Positions 1 to 13,245 of a DNA stretch of 64,000 bases are shown one piece after another (within the stretch, counting starts at the first letter, position 1; each line of letters opens with the position of its first letter). The stretch is from Tubulanus polymorphus (Eukaryota; Animalia; Nemertea). Made by a program: the position numbers and the translations under genes. The stretch is from positions 12,432,485-12,496,484 of the forward strand of contig NC_134027.1 in assembly GCF_964204645.1 (NCBI RefSeq), read 5' to 3'. A model generated the notes under the pieces. That model was not told where the DNA came from. It ran no database searches and worked only from the letters and a program-made list of their open reading frames with translations.

Positions 1-809
1 TAGCAAGCCTTATGTCAATTTAAGGTTAGCACCAATTCCCATGTACCGATTCCAACTTGGAAGAAGCAAAATATATTCGACCATCATGACTATTGGCCTG
101 TTATTTTGGTTTGACCCTAGTGAATTGAAGTAAGATGCTAATTTGCACAATAAAACTCTTTGTTTTCCCATTAAAAGTAATTCTGGAGGTCTTTCAGTGG
201 GCTGGTTACATAAGTCAGTAAATCCTTTCTAGTTACCAGTAGCAGATTTAGATTGTCTCACATGCTTCATGATGATGTGCCTCTTTTTCGAAAAGTGTGC
301 TTTTTCTTTGGTGAGGCAGTCAAAATTGGACCCTAGATCCGTCCCTGGTTACCAAGCCCATTATTACGGGGAGTTCTGGGGGGCTCAAAAAAGTCGAGGG
401 AATGTGGGATGAGCTGATAATCTTACCTGAATGCAATAACCAATAGTATCTGCTGATAAACCTGATGTAATAAGCTATCGATGAATGTCAAATGATGACA
501 TTCATTGCCTGGATACAGCCATTCAATGTTCCTGGACAATGATCTGTTGCCAGTGATACTAACAAGTGAATGGATAAATGTAGATCTACTCAAGGGTTTC
601 TGACAGATGATTAGTATTCTCATCTTGTAGTTGACTACACTAATAGAAACACTTTCTATTACCTCTCCGGTCTCGACAAAAATCTACTTTCATAGTTATT
701 CTCCCTCTTTCCCTGTCCTGCTTCTCTTTTTGTATGACATACGAATCCAAAGGCTCTACAAACCTGGAGCTTGATACAATTTGCGGCATGTCCAAGTCAG
801 CATGTAGTA

Positions 810-1043
810 ATTTTGGCTGACCTAAAACGTTAGACCAGGCCCGAGCCAAATCTTAGCACAGGACAAACGATTGTGTTTGAATTGCAACTGGTTCCAGAAA
901 TAACTTAGCGTTGTTTGTGCATTGTTTCGATTGAGTGGTTTGTGTGTGAGTGAGCTTTCTAATTAGGCACGGGCCAAATTTGTCTCTGGCCTGATCTGTG
1001 CCAATTTGGCACTGGCCAAAATTGTCTCCGTGTGGTTGCAGCT
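810..1043 (-). mobile_element. MITE family A, partial, reverse orientation
   Basis: Reverse-complement similarity to 4540-4799 (gaattgcaactgg, gagtggtttg, ggccaaatttg, cgtgtggttgcagct). Left boundary approximate. Confidence 0.7.
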
Positions 1044-1577
1044 TTTAACAAATAAGCTAGTAATGAATTTTGTCTATGATTTTCCCTAGATTTATTACAA
1101 AATTAATTCATTTGAACTTATTTGAATTTCTATATTCGCATACCAGTGGTGATTTTGACGAAAAAAAAACTTGTGTATTAATGCACAGATAAATGCAATG
1201 CCATACCCGTTTGCATGATAATAACACCATATACAGGTAGACCAGATTTTGTCGAATACGAGCAACATTGCATTGAAGTGCTGTGACTTGGTGATTGATC
1301 GATCCCTGCTGGCCTAGGCCATGTTGCGATAACTTTATCAAAAATGATATGTATGCTGGTTACATGCTAGTGACACGATGGTTTCGGCTATTTAGTTGAG
1401 GCTGCTGAGTGGTGTACTTGTGCGCACATCCAGTTCGCTAGTGCGAGACTACAGTTGTTAATGAAGTGTGTTAAGCAGGGGAAACACTAGGCAATTTTTC
1501 GAGGCTATTTAGTTGTCCGTAAATTCGTCTAGTTTGTCAGGGACGGTACTTGAAGAATTCCTTTGAAGAGATTCTAA

Positions 1578-1865
1578 GCTTCAAATTTTTTGTGGTTCAA
1601 TGCAAATGAAATTTTTCTGATGGTTAGACTTTGCAAGGCCACAGGCTTCTAGTTAGCTAATGACTACTCTAGAATACTATTCTAAGCTTGACTTAAAGAT
1701 AATTATGTATTATGTATTTGCTTCAAATTTTTTGTGGTTCAATGCAAATGAAATTTTTCTGATGGTTAGACTTTGCAAGGCCACAGGCTTCTAGTTAGCT
1801 AATGACTACTCTAGAATACTATTCTAAGCTTGACTTAAAGATAATTATGTATTATGTATTTGCTT
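1578..1865. repeat. Tandem duplication, 2 x 142 bp, identical by eye
   Basis: gcttcaaattttttgtgg... starts at 1578 and again at 1720; GCTT recurs at 1862. Confidence 0.95.
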
Positions 1866-2674
1866 TTCAGGGTTTCCTCTACCTACAGCTATTGAGCTGC
1901 AGGTAACATCATTCAGCTATTGAATTATTCTAAATGGCACTGAATAGCTCCATTTGCTCAGTTTTTTTATTTTCAGCAGCATCGATATTAGAAAATGATT
2001 AATTCATATGAACGTACATGTTTCCAACCTCTTCTGTCGTGAATGAGGCTCCTTTTCAAGTGTTACTGATGTTTTATTTGTTGCATATTTTGCTTATTCC
2101 AATAATAATGACTGTAAATGGATATTTCAGCATATACATCCCAACCTGAATTGAAATGGTTATGGTGTCAATTTCATACATAGTACATGTACATGTACAT
2201 ATATTGTGACGACTGGCGGGTGATCTGGAAGCCCATCTGAATTCTACTGTTTTGGACCAATTTACTCATAACTTGATTTGTGGATTTAAGATGGGAGGAT
2301 GATGTGCCTTAACATTTTGACTGATGTAAGCCAGAGTCGTGTTTGTGCGCGAAATAGGCATTTTGGGCGTTGATCCTGTTCTATAGTCTACAGTTTTGGG
2401 TCAATTTTTCTATGAATATTAGGAGGCCCTTCTTATTTAAGTCTTTAATAACCATAATCTTTGGAATTCAATTGTTTTCTTTTTCCAAACAATATCTTGT
2501 CCTCAATTCCCTAAACTCACCTAACTATGTGGTTACTCTATACTTTATATATGTACAAAGATGTGAGCAAAACTGGTAATTGATATTATTGCTCATAGAC
2601 TCATGACAAATAAATAAATTATTAATTCATAAACTGGCACTCTTCGATGATTGATTCAACACAAACTAATTAAT

Positions 2675-2927
2675 CAGGGGCGGATCTGGGATCTGATTCA
2701 GAGAAAGGTTTATCTCCAAAATAAAGCATATAATATAATTGTTTAAAAGGAGGGCATCCTGAAAGGAAACTGGTCGGGAAAACGTTTACTTATTTTTCGA
2801 AAGACAGAGAACAAGCTTATGAATCTAAACTGTTTATGTATCAGTTTCATATTTTTCATTTTTCCCTAGAATTTCAGGGCAGTAGGGGGTGCACATCCCC
2901 TGCACCCTCCACTTTGATCCGCCCCTG
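2675..2927. mobile_element. CAGGGGCGGATC-type (hAT-like) MITE
   Basis: CAGGGGCGGATC...GATCCGCCCCTG termini. Confidence 0.75.
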
Positions 2928-3305
2928 ATAATCCAAATTAAACTGTTGTGGATCTACTAAGAACTTGTCCGCATGATAATATTCCATAGTCAAAATACAG
3001 TGTTTCTTGTGGGGGTATGGCATGATGGAAATGTGCTCTCTTGATTCATTAGATACAAATTACAAACATTTTCATCGACCAAGAGTATTGGCTATAGCAT
3101 AGCTCTAATTGGTTTTTGGCCTAATAGATTACTACATTAGGATATTTAGATATACAGTATTTTCCTGATGCCAGCTTGATGAAAGGGGTGGATTTGTTGT
3201 CGCACGCACCACAGGGCTTTAATTCATGCCAGTCTGTTACCCGGTTTTATTCCAACTGATTCCAATGGCATCACTTTTAATCATTTTCATTATTTGATTT
3301 TGTAG

Positions 3306-3365
3306 GATCTTGAAACATTGTCACAGGAAGTAATGCGACTCAGCGCTAAAGATGAAACCAAGTGA
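3306..3365 (+). CDS. GRIPAP1: Terminal coding exon of an upstream gene, probably GRIP1-associated protein 1
   Basis: Acceptor tttgattttgtAG ends at 3305. Frame reads DLETLSQEVMRLSAKDETK-stop, similar to the human GRIPAP1 tail as I recall it (DMEVLSQEIVRLSK). AATAAA follows at 3407-3412. Only 19 aa, identified from memory and not by search. Confidence 0.7.
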   Translation, partial: DLETLSQEVMRLSAKDETK

Positions 3366-3406
3366 AAATCAAGCAACACAATCCGATTGAAATTCCTCGT
3401 AGTTTC

Positions 3407-3440
3407 AATAAATTTGTGTTTATGGTAGTTTTTTTGGTAA
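3407..3440 (+). terminator. Polyadenylation signal with downstream GT/T-rich element
   Basis: AATAAA at 3407-3412, 41 nt after the stop codon, followed by tttgtgtttatggtagtttttttgg. Confidence 0.55.
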
Positions 3441-4539
3441 TTTTAGAACAAATGTAACATTGTTCAATTGTTTTGTTTTGGAGTCACCAATCGAGAGGTT
3501 CCGAAGGTGCTATCTAGAAAAAGAAGTGCAATAGTTGATATTGTCCTGCTAGAAGGCGTATGAGGTTCACTTGGTTCATTTAATTGAACCCATTCTGTAA
3601 AACCAGTATTTTGAGTGCTTATGTAACTCACTGAAGGATCTTTTCCGATTTACAGTCATTGGTATCTGTCAACTTTCTAGTTTATTTAGTGTTAACCTAG
3701 CAACTAAGATACACAGAATTGCTGAAAACATTAAGACCCTTAAAGCAGCACATTAAGTTTGTTCCAAAGTAATTCAGTCAAGACAATTAGTATGTATGTA
3801 AATGACAGTTAGGCTAACTGAATTTCATTTAGAAATATTTCATTCACTTTGCTCTTTTGAATACATGTATATTTTCATTCACGGGTGTATAAATTAAGTA
3901 CAGTAATGAATATTAGGTAAATTTTCATTAATATTCCGTCTACTACTCATATACATATCTAAATTTCATATTAGTTTTTGTTGAACTGATATTGGCAGTG
4001 GCTTAACTTTTTTGGCACGCCCAAAGGGATGATTTAAGTTATGTCTCACTTGAGAAGAATGTTATGAATATACTTGCTTAACTGTGATGATGACTGATGG
4101 AATTAATCGGTATATGATTAACAATCATATTCTGCATACAAATGGACCATAATTTCTGCACTGGATAAAGTCTGCATTAAACTAATTAAGCCACTTTAAC
4201 TCAATTGTTATTTGAAATGCAAGTATATTTGTGGAAGACTTGTATATCGGGTACGCAATAAGATTATCGTTTAACCATCAGCTTATAGTTATTGCATTAT
4301 TAGTAAATTGTGGACTTGGACACTACTTAGCACCAAGTAGCAGCAGCAGTGCCATATACTAATTACATTTTGATATATCTAATAAGTTTCAATATGTCTA
4401 ATTTATGTTATCTTTAACCCAAATTCAGTTTTCGTCTGTATATTGATGGTTTCAAAGGTTTTTTGACACGGCCTTAAACAATATCATAAAAAATCTTAGC
4501 AACGAATACTATTGAGCGACATATAAAAAGCTAGACATT

Positions 4540-4799
4540 AGCCGCGATCACACGGACAGGATTTGGCCCGGGCCAAATTGTCATGGATCAGACTCGGGCC
4601 AAATTTGGCCTGTGTCTAATTAGAGAGTGCATTCACACGCAAACCATTCACTCGATACTAAACAATGCTCAAACAAAGTGGAGTGGGTCATTTCCGGTGC
4701 CAGTTGCAATTCAAACGCAATCATTTGGCTCGGTCCTGGTCCGACTTTTTTTGTCGGGCCAAATTTGGCCAAAAATAAAATTCTTGTGTGATCGCGGCT
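4540..4799 (+). mobile_element. MITE family A (PIF/Harbinger-like)
   Basis: TIR AGCCGCGATCACAC...GTGTGATCGCGGCT with internal GGCCAAATTTGGCC palindromes; many copies in the window. Confidence 0.85.
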
Positions 4800-6314
4800 G
4801 ATGAAGAGATTAATCAGTGTATACATCGCACTAATTTGCATAATAGATAGAAAGACCATTCAGGTAACCAGATGAACGAATAATTTCTTTTTTTTATGCT
4901 TACTAGGCCCATGCACAATCTATTGTCATATAAGGTAATCCTTAAACATTCTACATATTTTTCCAAGCTGTCAAATAATTGAGTTGAGATTAAATTCAAA
5001 CCCCTATACGGAGTTTGCCCCTGCCAAATGGTTTTTCTCAAATTTGGAATGCATTTGCCTTAACCCAAACTAGCATGTGTGAGATGATTCAGTCCTATTT
5101 ATGTTACATATTGAATTTGTAGGAAAATATTCATTTCATGGATATATCAGCTTTCTTCACAGGTTTTTCTTATGGTAGAACTGCAATGGTTGTACATGAT
5201 AATGTAAAACTCTTGTGAAAATTGAACAACAAATAATTGTTGTTCAAGTAAGTAACATTTACTGATGCACTGGTTGTGTAAATACATGTGTACTGCGTTA
5301 TGTACAACTTTCATTCATTCCAAAAAAATATTCTCGCCATATTCTTTATAGTATTTCATTTACGTCTAGACAACCAGTTCAGTTAGAAATTAGAAATTCT
5401 TTATCAAAGTCAGAAGAAGATACATAAAAAAGTATTTTAGACGTGGAGAATAAAATGTCATTTCCATAACGATTTGACATTTCCGTGTCATAGTAACTAT
5501 GGTAGATTCTTACGAAAATGACATTTTATGACTTTCTGATCCATGGTGCACAAATTTTGGGGCAATTTTTGTGGAGACATCTTTTTGAAGATGCAATATT
5601 ATCAATGCTATGCTATGCTTTGCTTACTTTGAGTTCCTTAATTGATAATTTACTTAAACACCAAAATATGACCAGTCAATTTTCGGGAAAACTTAACACT
5701 GTGTCTCTTAATCCATGGGACTGCGTTTTGTGAGAATGACCCAGAATGTCACTTCCACTAACATCAGCTCCATCATAGAATGAGTTCAGTATTTGGGAGA
5801 GCAGCATCCATTCCATATGAGAGCATTCCAAAAACATCCACTTGAAAATTTCACAGAATGTTCATAGAAAAGTTTCCATTCAGCTGTATAGTCATAGCAC
5901 GCAAAAAAAATTTAAAATTTGCTTCCACTATCGGCGTTTTCTCCAATGGTTTGACACCATAGTAGGCAATCCCTTAAATCAACATCTGATCAAATGGTTT
6001 TGTAAATTTCGCCTCAAAGGCACATTTTGATGCAAAATTTTGATAGTAATGTAATCTATATATGGTATTCTGGTAATTGATGATCATCTTTAAAATTGTG
6101 TATTCACTTTCGCTAGGTGATCGTAGTTGGCCTATTGGCTTATTATCTTGTACAATGTATAGAAAAAAATATATAAGATCTGGGGCAGTTACAATATATT
6201 TCTACTATTGGTTGTTTCAGCCATAGACTTCATCAACTGAGACCTTTTTCCATGTGCTTCGATTTGAACATGTGAGCTCTATTACCTACAGATCCAGGAC
6301 CAAAAGGAATCTAT

Positions 6315-6932
6315 AGCCGCGATCACATGGGGATGATATGGCCCGTGCCAAACTGGCCCGGATCAGGCCTGAGTCAAATTTGGCCCATGCCTGATGGGAT
6401 TTTTTTTAGATTAGAAATTTTATTGTCCACAAAAAAATTTGCATTGACAAAAGCCGTTTCAATGGTTAGTGCACGATATCAATAAGTGTTATAAATGACA
6501 AGGTGAGATTTAACAGCAGCAGCAGCGGCGGCATCAGCAGCAGCGGCGGCATCAGCCGCACCGGCATCGGGCAGTTTTACATCAATTTTACACATTCAAA
6601 TTTAAAGGTTACCATAAGCAACTGGTCACTAATTACCTTTGTGGGACTGGCCCCAGTTAAATACAGACTGAAACGTTGAATAGCATTCATAGTCAATCAG
6701 AGAGAAACCATATGTAGGATAAATTATCTATTGTCGACCGGACGACATAGTTTGCTTAAATAACATAATAGAGATGTATTCCGGGTTTCAAATAGTTTTT
6801 TTTAGATTTTAGAGAGTGCATTCCCGCTGAAACAATTATTTTGCCTGGCAAATTATTTCACACAGGCACAGGCCCATTTGGCACCTGTGTGAACAGTTGT
6901 TTTGAGCCAAAAATACTTGTGTGATCGTGGCT
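6315..6932 (+). mobile_element. MITE family A interrupted by an insertion of about 400 bp
   Basis: Both TIRs present. Foreign sequence at about 6400-6808 is bounded by TTTTTTTTAGATT at 6400-6412 and 6796-6808. Confidence 0.75.
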
Positions 6933-8543
6933 TGCAATACAAGACTATACTGTTTTTACATTTTGAATTTAATGATAATGGCCTATATATGATTGTCTTC
7001 TCCGTCTTATATTCAATGTTAAAAGTGTACATATTTCCAACTTTTTCGTATTTAGGACAGTTTATGATGTGTAATTGTTGCTAAAAAGTGTTGTAGAAGA
7101 GTTAACAAAAATCTGACTATTGTTTAAAGGTTTAAAGGTTGCAATTTCTTTTAGAATTTTAATTGGTACCATAAACAGTCAAACCTCATTAGTGCCTAGT
7201 ACAACATGTACAACTATTTTATAGATTCCCTGTCATCTTATAGTACAAGGTTTGTTGGTCTTTATGAAATTTGGCACATTTGTAGTATGATGCTACGGTT
7301 GTTTAGGTACTCATGAGCTTTAACTGATTTATTAATGCTATTTGTTGAATATTGTAATGACATAATTACTGTAAAAAGATATCCATGTATGTATACCTCA
7401 GTACTATACACTGATCTGATAATCCCAGATATCTTGATTATCTCAGATGTCTTGTAAAATAGATTTGAATTCGAAATCAAATATTTCTGCAAATTGAAAC
7501 AGACGTATTTTAATTTTGAAAGAGTATTTTGTACCCCAGCATAGCAATTTCTAAATACTTTATATTCATCTTATACATTAACCAGGGTCTCCTGTCACAA
7601 GATTCCATCGCCGCCTGAAAAATCAGATCCTGCTGATTTAACCATGAAAAAGGTTATTGTGTCTGAGTCTGAGAGGGTGGATACAGGCAGCAGGTTATAC
7701 CCCTACATTTCTGTTTTGAAAGTTCATTTAGGCTGCAATCGCTATTGACTTTCCTTAACACTGAATAATATTATAGACATTGTTCGTCATATATCTACAT
7801 CAGCTTGATAATTTCAATCTGCAAGGAATATCATTAGCATGCACTTGTGTGTAAACTACTTAGATGTGTATAAAATTTGTAATGACTCCATTTGTATATT
7901 CCTTTGAAATGAGCTGCTGGAGCTCTAGTGCACACACATCAAAAAACATAGAAACAGGAAGCAGATTTGTGTGTATTCATTTTCAATTCACAATACAAGA
8001 AACTCCAAAACAAACTTACAGTCAAGTAGTAATTCTATCAAAATGGAAGCGATTTTTTATCACTCATTTGATCTGCTCATTGTTATTCATTGGTATTTGA
8101 ATGTCAAGTGTTTTTTGTTTAGCTACATGGATCATCAGACATGGTCGACGAGTGTTTCGTGTATTGCAGAACCGACATGTGGGTTTTGTGAAAATGTGTT
8201 ATGCGTTTCAAGCTAGAAGAGCCTTTCAGGTTTAATCACACATAAATTATGCCGTGATGTGTACTAGGCTTCAGTCTCAATCTAGGCTGGTCCTAGTCAC
8301 CATTTGCTGAAAGCAATGTTTATTTATATCTATTACCTGAAGTTTTCCCCAGCCAGGTGAATTTTCATTTATTAGATATTTAATTGAAGTTATGAAATTT
8401 TATGACCTTATCATTTGTTTCGCTGAAGTACATATTTGTACAGTAAACTTTGTCTAACTTGGTTATGGCTTACTCAAGGCTTTTGAATATCTGATTTCCG
8501 ATCTTTTTTTCCGATCCTTTACTCGAACCTCACTTAACTCATT

Positions 8544-8848
8544 AGCCGCGATCACACGGAGAGGATTTCGTCCGGATCAGGCGCTAGTCAAATTTGCCCT
8601 GTGACTTTCGGGAGCGTGTTCACATATAAACCACTTGCACAACACTAAACAATGCTTAAACAAATTGTCGAAGTGAGCCAATTCGGAACCAGTTGCAATT
8701 CACATGCAGTAATTTGACGCATGCTAAAATTTTGCTCTGGCCCGGTCCAACTTGTCTGGCCAAACAGGCACGGGGCACCCTTTGTACCGTCTGAAAATTT
8801 GTTCAGGCTAATTTCGCACAGGCCAAAAATACTTGTGTGATTGCAGCT
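8544..8848 (+). mobile_element. MITE family A
   Basis: AGCCGCGATCACAC...GTGTGATTGCAGCT flanked by a 3-bp ATT duplication. Confidence 0.85.
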
Positions 8849-10473
8849 ATTGTGTCGTTGCCAGTATGTCCAAGTTTGAGAAGGTTTATTGTTGTAAAAT
8901 TATATAAGATTGTTTTTAGTACTCAAATCCTTTCAAGCTAGGTTATCGATTTACTCAAACACAGATCAATCACAGAATCGCAGTATATCAATTCAATTTC
9001 TGATGTCACCAGACTTACAAAATACACTGGTTGAGTTGAATGTAGGATAAAATGGCCAAGGAAAATTCATGAGAATTGAAAATGAAACCAACTTGGTATA
9101 TTGTTGATGTCGACATTGATCTTTAGTTAACGACATTATTTATTAGTTATATATTTGAGTTAAAAGATTAGAATACATATAACGAATTGATAATGACATA
9201 TAAAGTGGGATGCAGATCAAGCTGAATTTTTCTCTGTGAACCATGGAGTTCTAAAGTGGATGTTGTTTGGAACACCTCAGAGGAAATCATCCATATCACG
9301 ATTGCCAGCTGAGCACTATATAGTCAGTACCTACATAAATTTCGTAATCATTCATGGGCAGCGACCAAAGCCCGTGTGATTCATTTAGCTGGCCACATTC
9401 CCACATTAAACTGACTTATTTTAGTAAAAGAGCATACCTCTTCCTGTTGAAAGACATTTCCAGTGAACTTATTTTCCTGGACAAATTCAGGAATTGACCA
9501 ATGATCTCAACAGTGCATCTCAAAAGGTTTATGCATTTAATTTATGCGAAATTAATTGAATGGTCGATAATTTGTTATTTGATTTTTGGCTGGCCATTTC
9601 TTCCTCGGCGATTTTTCCTAGCCTTGGCCATTTTTTCCATTCACCGGTTAGAAGGAGTCTACTTAATTTCAGACACTCAAATATTTAATTCGACGGCTTT
9701 CAAGCGTCTAGCATCTTTCAACCATGTTTTAGATACTAGGATAATGTATGTAAGACACCATCATGGTCAGTCTACTGTTTGCGCTCCTCAGTCAATTTTG
9801 CTTTAATCTAGTCACTGATAAAAGTTGTTTTGTACATAGTATATTCTATATAGCTGTATGAAAATAAATGAAAATAGTAGAAAATTTGTTATCTTTATTT
9901 CTCGCCTTGTCTTGCTGAGTGACGCTGATGATTTCTTTGCCACGTGTGATGTTTACTAACACAGGAACGTGATCTGTGACCAGTCGTTGATTTCAATGAT
10001 TTTTTACAGGTATCACAGTTGATGCACAAATGATGTGCTTGTACAGGTCCGTAATTATTGAAACTAACCCATGCTTGGAATGTCAACAATTTTTGGAGGG
10101 TGTTTTTAAGGTTAGCGGTAAAAAATCCCATAGGTAATAATCCCCTAGGTAGAAATTCCCAATTCTTGAAAGTTCTATTGTATTTAAATATGAATCAATT
10201 TCAATTTGGGAGTTTAAAAAGGCGGGAGACCTTCAAATTCCCAAATTTCTTGTGGATGGGTTAATGCCTACACACAGATGGACAGGGACTCTAAGTATAA
10301 ACACCACGCGGGAGAGCCACCCTAATCTAAAACATATTTACATAAACACATAGCCTAGGCTTATACAATATTGTATGAATATGAAATAATATTGTGGCCT
10401 GAGTTGGCCCGTTGCGAAATAGATTTATTATCTTACTTCGCGCGCATATATAAACGTAGGCCTACGTATAGCG

Positions 10474-10611
10474 TCACGGTGAAATATTGCCCAGTTGGAG
10501 CCTTGTATCCTCAGACTCGTTCAATGAAATGAATCTTGCATCCTCTGGGGAAACTGGATCTCTATTTCGGGCATTCCATATGAAAAGATCATTATAATGA
10601 TTTGTTTCCAT
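10474..10611 (-). CDS. Candidate 45-aa small ORF on a putative divergent spliced transcript
   Basis: CACCATGG Kozak context, METNHYNDLFIWNARNRDPVSPEDARFISLNESEDTRLQLGNISP*. Minus-strand acceptor ttattttgcAG at 10689-10688, donor GTGAGT at 11260-11255, AATAAA at 10429-10424. No recognised homology. Confidence 0.25.
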   Translation of the reverse strand: METNHYNDLFIWNARNRDPVSPEDARFISLNESEDTRLQLGNISP

Positions 10612-11332
10612 GGTGATGGGCTGTTTTTGACACGATGCTTTTGTGTCGAGATGCGAATTGCAAGTAACTCAGCGGTCTACCGAACACCTGCAAAATAAGG
10701 TGGAGCAATATTTCAATCCTTTTTCGGGTGTTTGGTAAGACATGGATTTATAGGACATTACGTAGATACAATCCGTGCTCACTTTACATCAGGTCTCTGC
10801 ATCAGTTTCCCTGTGCGCAACGTCGGATATTACGCAGATATTACACGTTGATAATATATAATCGGGAATGATGAATTATTAATGATAATGTGTATGCTAT
10901 GTATGTACATGTACGTATTTTGTACTCGATGTCGACCCATATAATTGTAGCTGAAAGTATCCCACTTTAGAATTCGCTGCGGTGGAAGAGGGAGGGCTTA
11001 AAGGTGTGTGCTGCAAATTTTGGGCACCAGACGAAATATCGTATGTCAACAAGTGACATCGATGCAATAAGAGGTCAAACACTCTGATCAGGGGAACTGC
11101 ATCAAATTGGGGAGATGGAATAGATAGTGATTATTATTCCATTTTTGAGTCTGTTCTAAACGAATATACAAAAACGTTTTGGTGGAATTAACAAGCACTT
11201 TAGAATTGCATTGAGTCAACTAGAAATTCGTTAGTTACTACGTTAAGTCAATTCACTCACCATAGTAAATCATTTTAAACTGTTCACGATATACTCAAAC
11301 ATAGCCTACATTTTCAAGAAGCGTCCATGATT

Positions 11333-11346
11333 GTTACCATAGCAAC
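11333..11346. promoter_or_regulatory. RFX X-box motif
   Basis: GTTACCATAGCAAC fits the palindromic X-box consensus (GTTRCCATRGYAAC). A weaker copy, GTTCCCTAGCATC, lies at 11369-11381. Confidence 0.6.
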
Positions 11347-11468
11347 GAATTTGAGTCCGGCGCCGCCAGTTCCCTAGCATCCATGATGATAAACTCGAGC
11401 TATACGTGTACGTATGCAGCGGGGCCTTGTTGATCCCTGCTACGGCCACGGAAGTCTGGAACTGGTGC

Positions 11469-11694
11469 CAGGGGTGGATCCGGGGGACTTGTACGTGAGA
11501 CTTGAATAAGTCCGCCAATTTTTTTAGTGCCGTTTCCATTTTGTCTAGAATGATAATTGTTGCATTCGGCAGCGGGAGTACTTTTGCCTTTGCACCATAT
11601 GATTGAAGTTCTTCAAAATTGGCTCCTGTGGGCTATTGCCTTTTTGAGCATCGAAATGCCTTGCCAAGTTTTTTTGCCTCTGGATCCGCCCCTG
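11469..11694. mobile_element. CAGGGGCGGATC-type (hAT-like) MITE
   Basis: CAGGGGTGGATCC...GGATCCGCCCCTG termini, inside the candidate promoter region. Confidence 0.75.
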
Positions 11695-13245
11695 CTGTTT
11701 TAGGTGTGACCAAGGATCGTAAGAGGGAACCATATTCTGAATCATTTCAATTCTGTATTTCTTTCGATTCCGCATCACTTTTCCGTGCACCATCGTAGAT
11801 ATCAAATCCGAGGTTATAGTTTGGTACATTCCGGTAAAATGGCCCTTCAACGAAAAAAGTATACATATACGCTGGTGACATGCCGAGTATTGGAATTACG
11901 TATAGCGCCAAACAGCCAAACCATTATTGGGGCTATATTTGAATGATATATTGAACCTAGTAACTGCACTAAACATGATAATACCCGAGTTATTGATTGC
12001 AGCGCGCCAGTAACAGCACACATATTTTAGTTCATTAGTTGCAGTGCGTAGTGGCGCGCGATGCTAGACTGATGGCTACCGATCTGAACAGCGGCTCGCG
12101 TATTGCAGTTCTCTCCGAACATTTGGATACCATTTGACAAGTTTTCTGACCGAGAAACCGTGACAATTATGAGATATACTAGGCGACGCTTGCATTGAGG
12201 AGGTGTGGGATTCGGTAATTGTAATGTTTCGCGCCGGATTGGAAAGCACTATTCGCGTAAAGTATATATCTGGTTAATAGTGGATATTGCGGAATTGATG
12301 ATGGCGGTAAAAGCGTCGCTATGTGCATCATCAGAGCTGACGAAGCCTGCTGGAAGAGTCGTAGCAATTGAACGTTCGTAAAATTATTCATGATATCTGT
12401 TTGATTGGTTTAACACGAGCCGTGTTCCATCGAGAGATATTAGAATTTTCGAAAAGGTTTGTGTAATTTGCGGTTGTTCGAAAAATGAATTAATAATAGG
12501 GCCTTAATGATGGTTCATTTTCGTTTACTTATATTGATTTACAGAATACAGAATTACAATTCTGTGTGAGAGAAATTGATATACCGGTAGTTCTATAATT
12601 CTGTAAAAATAATCGTGATTTATGCTAATAATGTTCTTTGGTACGGTGGTAGCACATGATTTTTAAGATATCTATTTGTGAATCAGTCTCTTGCCAGAGC
12701 TACACATAGTACCGTAATTGATAGTTCACTTTTTATCTCATCCACTTTTAAAGTTTTAACTGCTCTGTTTCTGTTACCTAACCATACTTGTCAAAAGCTT
12801 TATTTGCGTGTATGGTCACGATATTTTACCATAGGCCTACGAATGGTATCCATAATCAGGGATGTCACTAGGATTTTTGAAAGGGGGTATGAATTAATAA
12901 AAGCGGAACTATATGCCATATTTTATTTTGTGCTGTATCTGCCGAGTGCCGGTGGCATGAAATGAGCATTTCTGAATCCTTGAAATTGCTTGAATGTTCT
13001 TATGTTATAGTGTGAAATTCGAAGCTTGAGAGGAGCGTTTTCTGGACCTAACAAGGCAAAATATTAGTGAAATTTCGATAATATGAAATAAAAGATTCGG
13101 AACTAAAAAGAATGGAGTACTTGGATTTTAAGTTTTGTGGTCTTCCGACCCCCCTCTGGCTCTGGTGATACCCGTATTAGCCTACTGGTTTTCTGTTATG
13201 TAGTTGATTGCCATAATACAAACCTTATTTTCTGTAGGTTTCAAG

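Larger units (their letters stand above)
10400..12450. promoter_or_regulatory. CpG-rich candidate (possibly bidirectional) promoter and 5' non-coding exon region of Shal
   Basis: Visibly richer in CpG than 1-10300 (not counted). The Shal ATG lies 8 nt after an acceptor, so an upstream exon must exist. Possible donors at 12203 (GTGTGG) and 12215 (GTAATT). The TSS cannot be determined from sequence. Confidence 0.4.

Noticed and set aside
423-623. Minus-strand ORF ending at a GTAAG donor-like site
   Set aside because: No recognisable product and no partner exon found.
9895-10050. Minus-strand TDHVPVLVNI, reminiscent of the SDH motif of EEP endonucleases
   Set aside because: An in-frame stop lies just upstream and no other EEP motifs are present; likely chance.
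13204-13245. 14-aa N-terminal extension [14 protein letters not shown] in the ORF track
   Set aside because: It starts at TTG inside the intron and crosses the acceptor; the conserved Kv4 start is the ATG at 13246.
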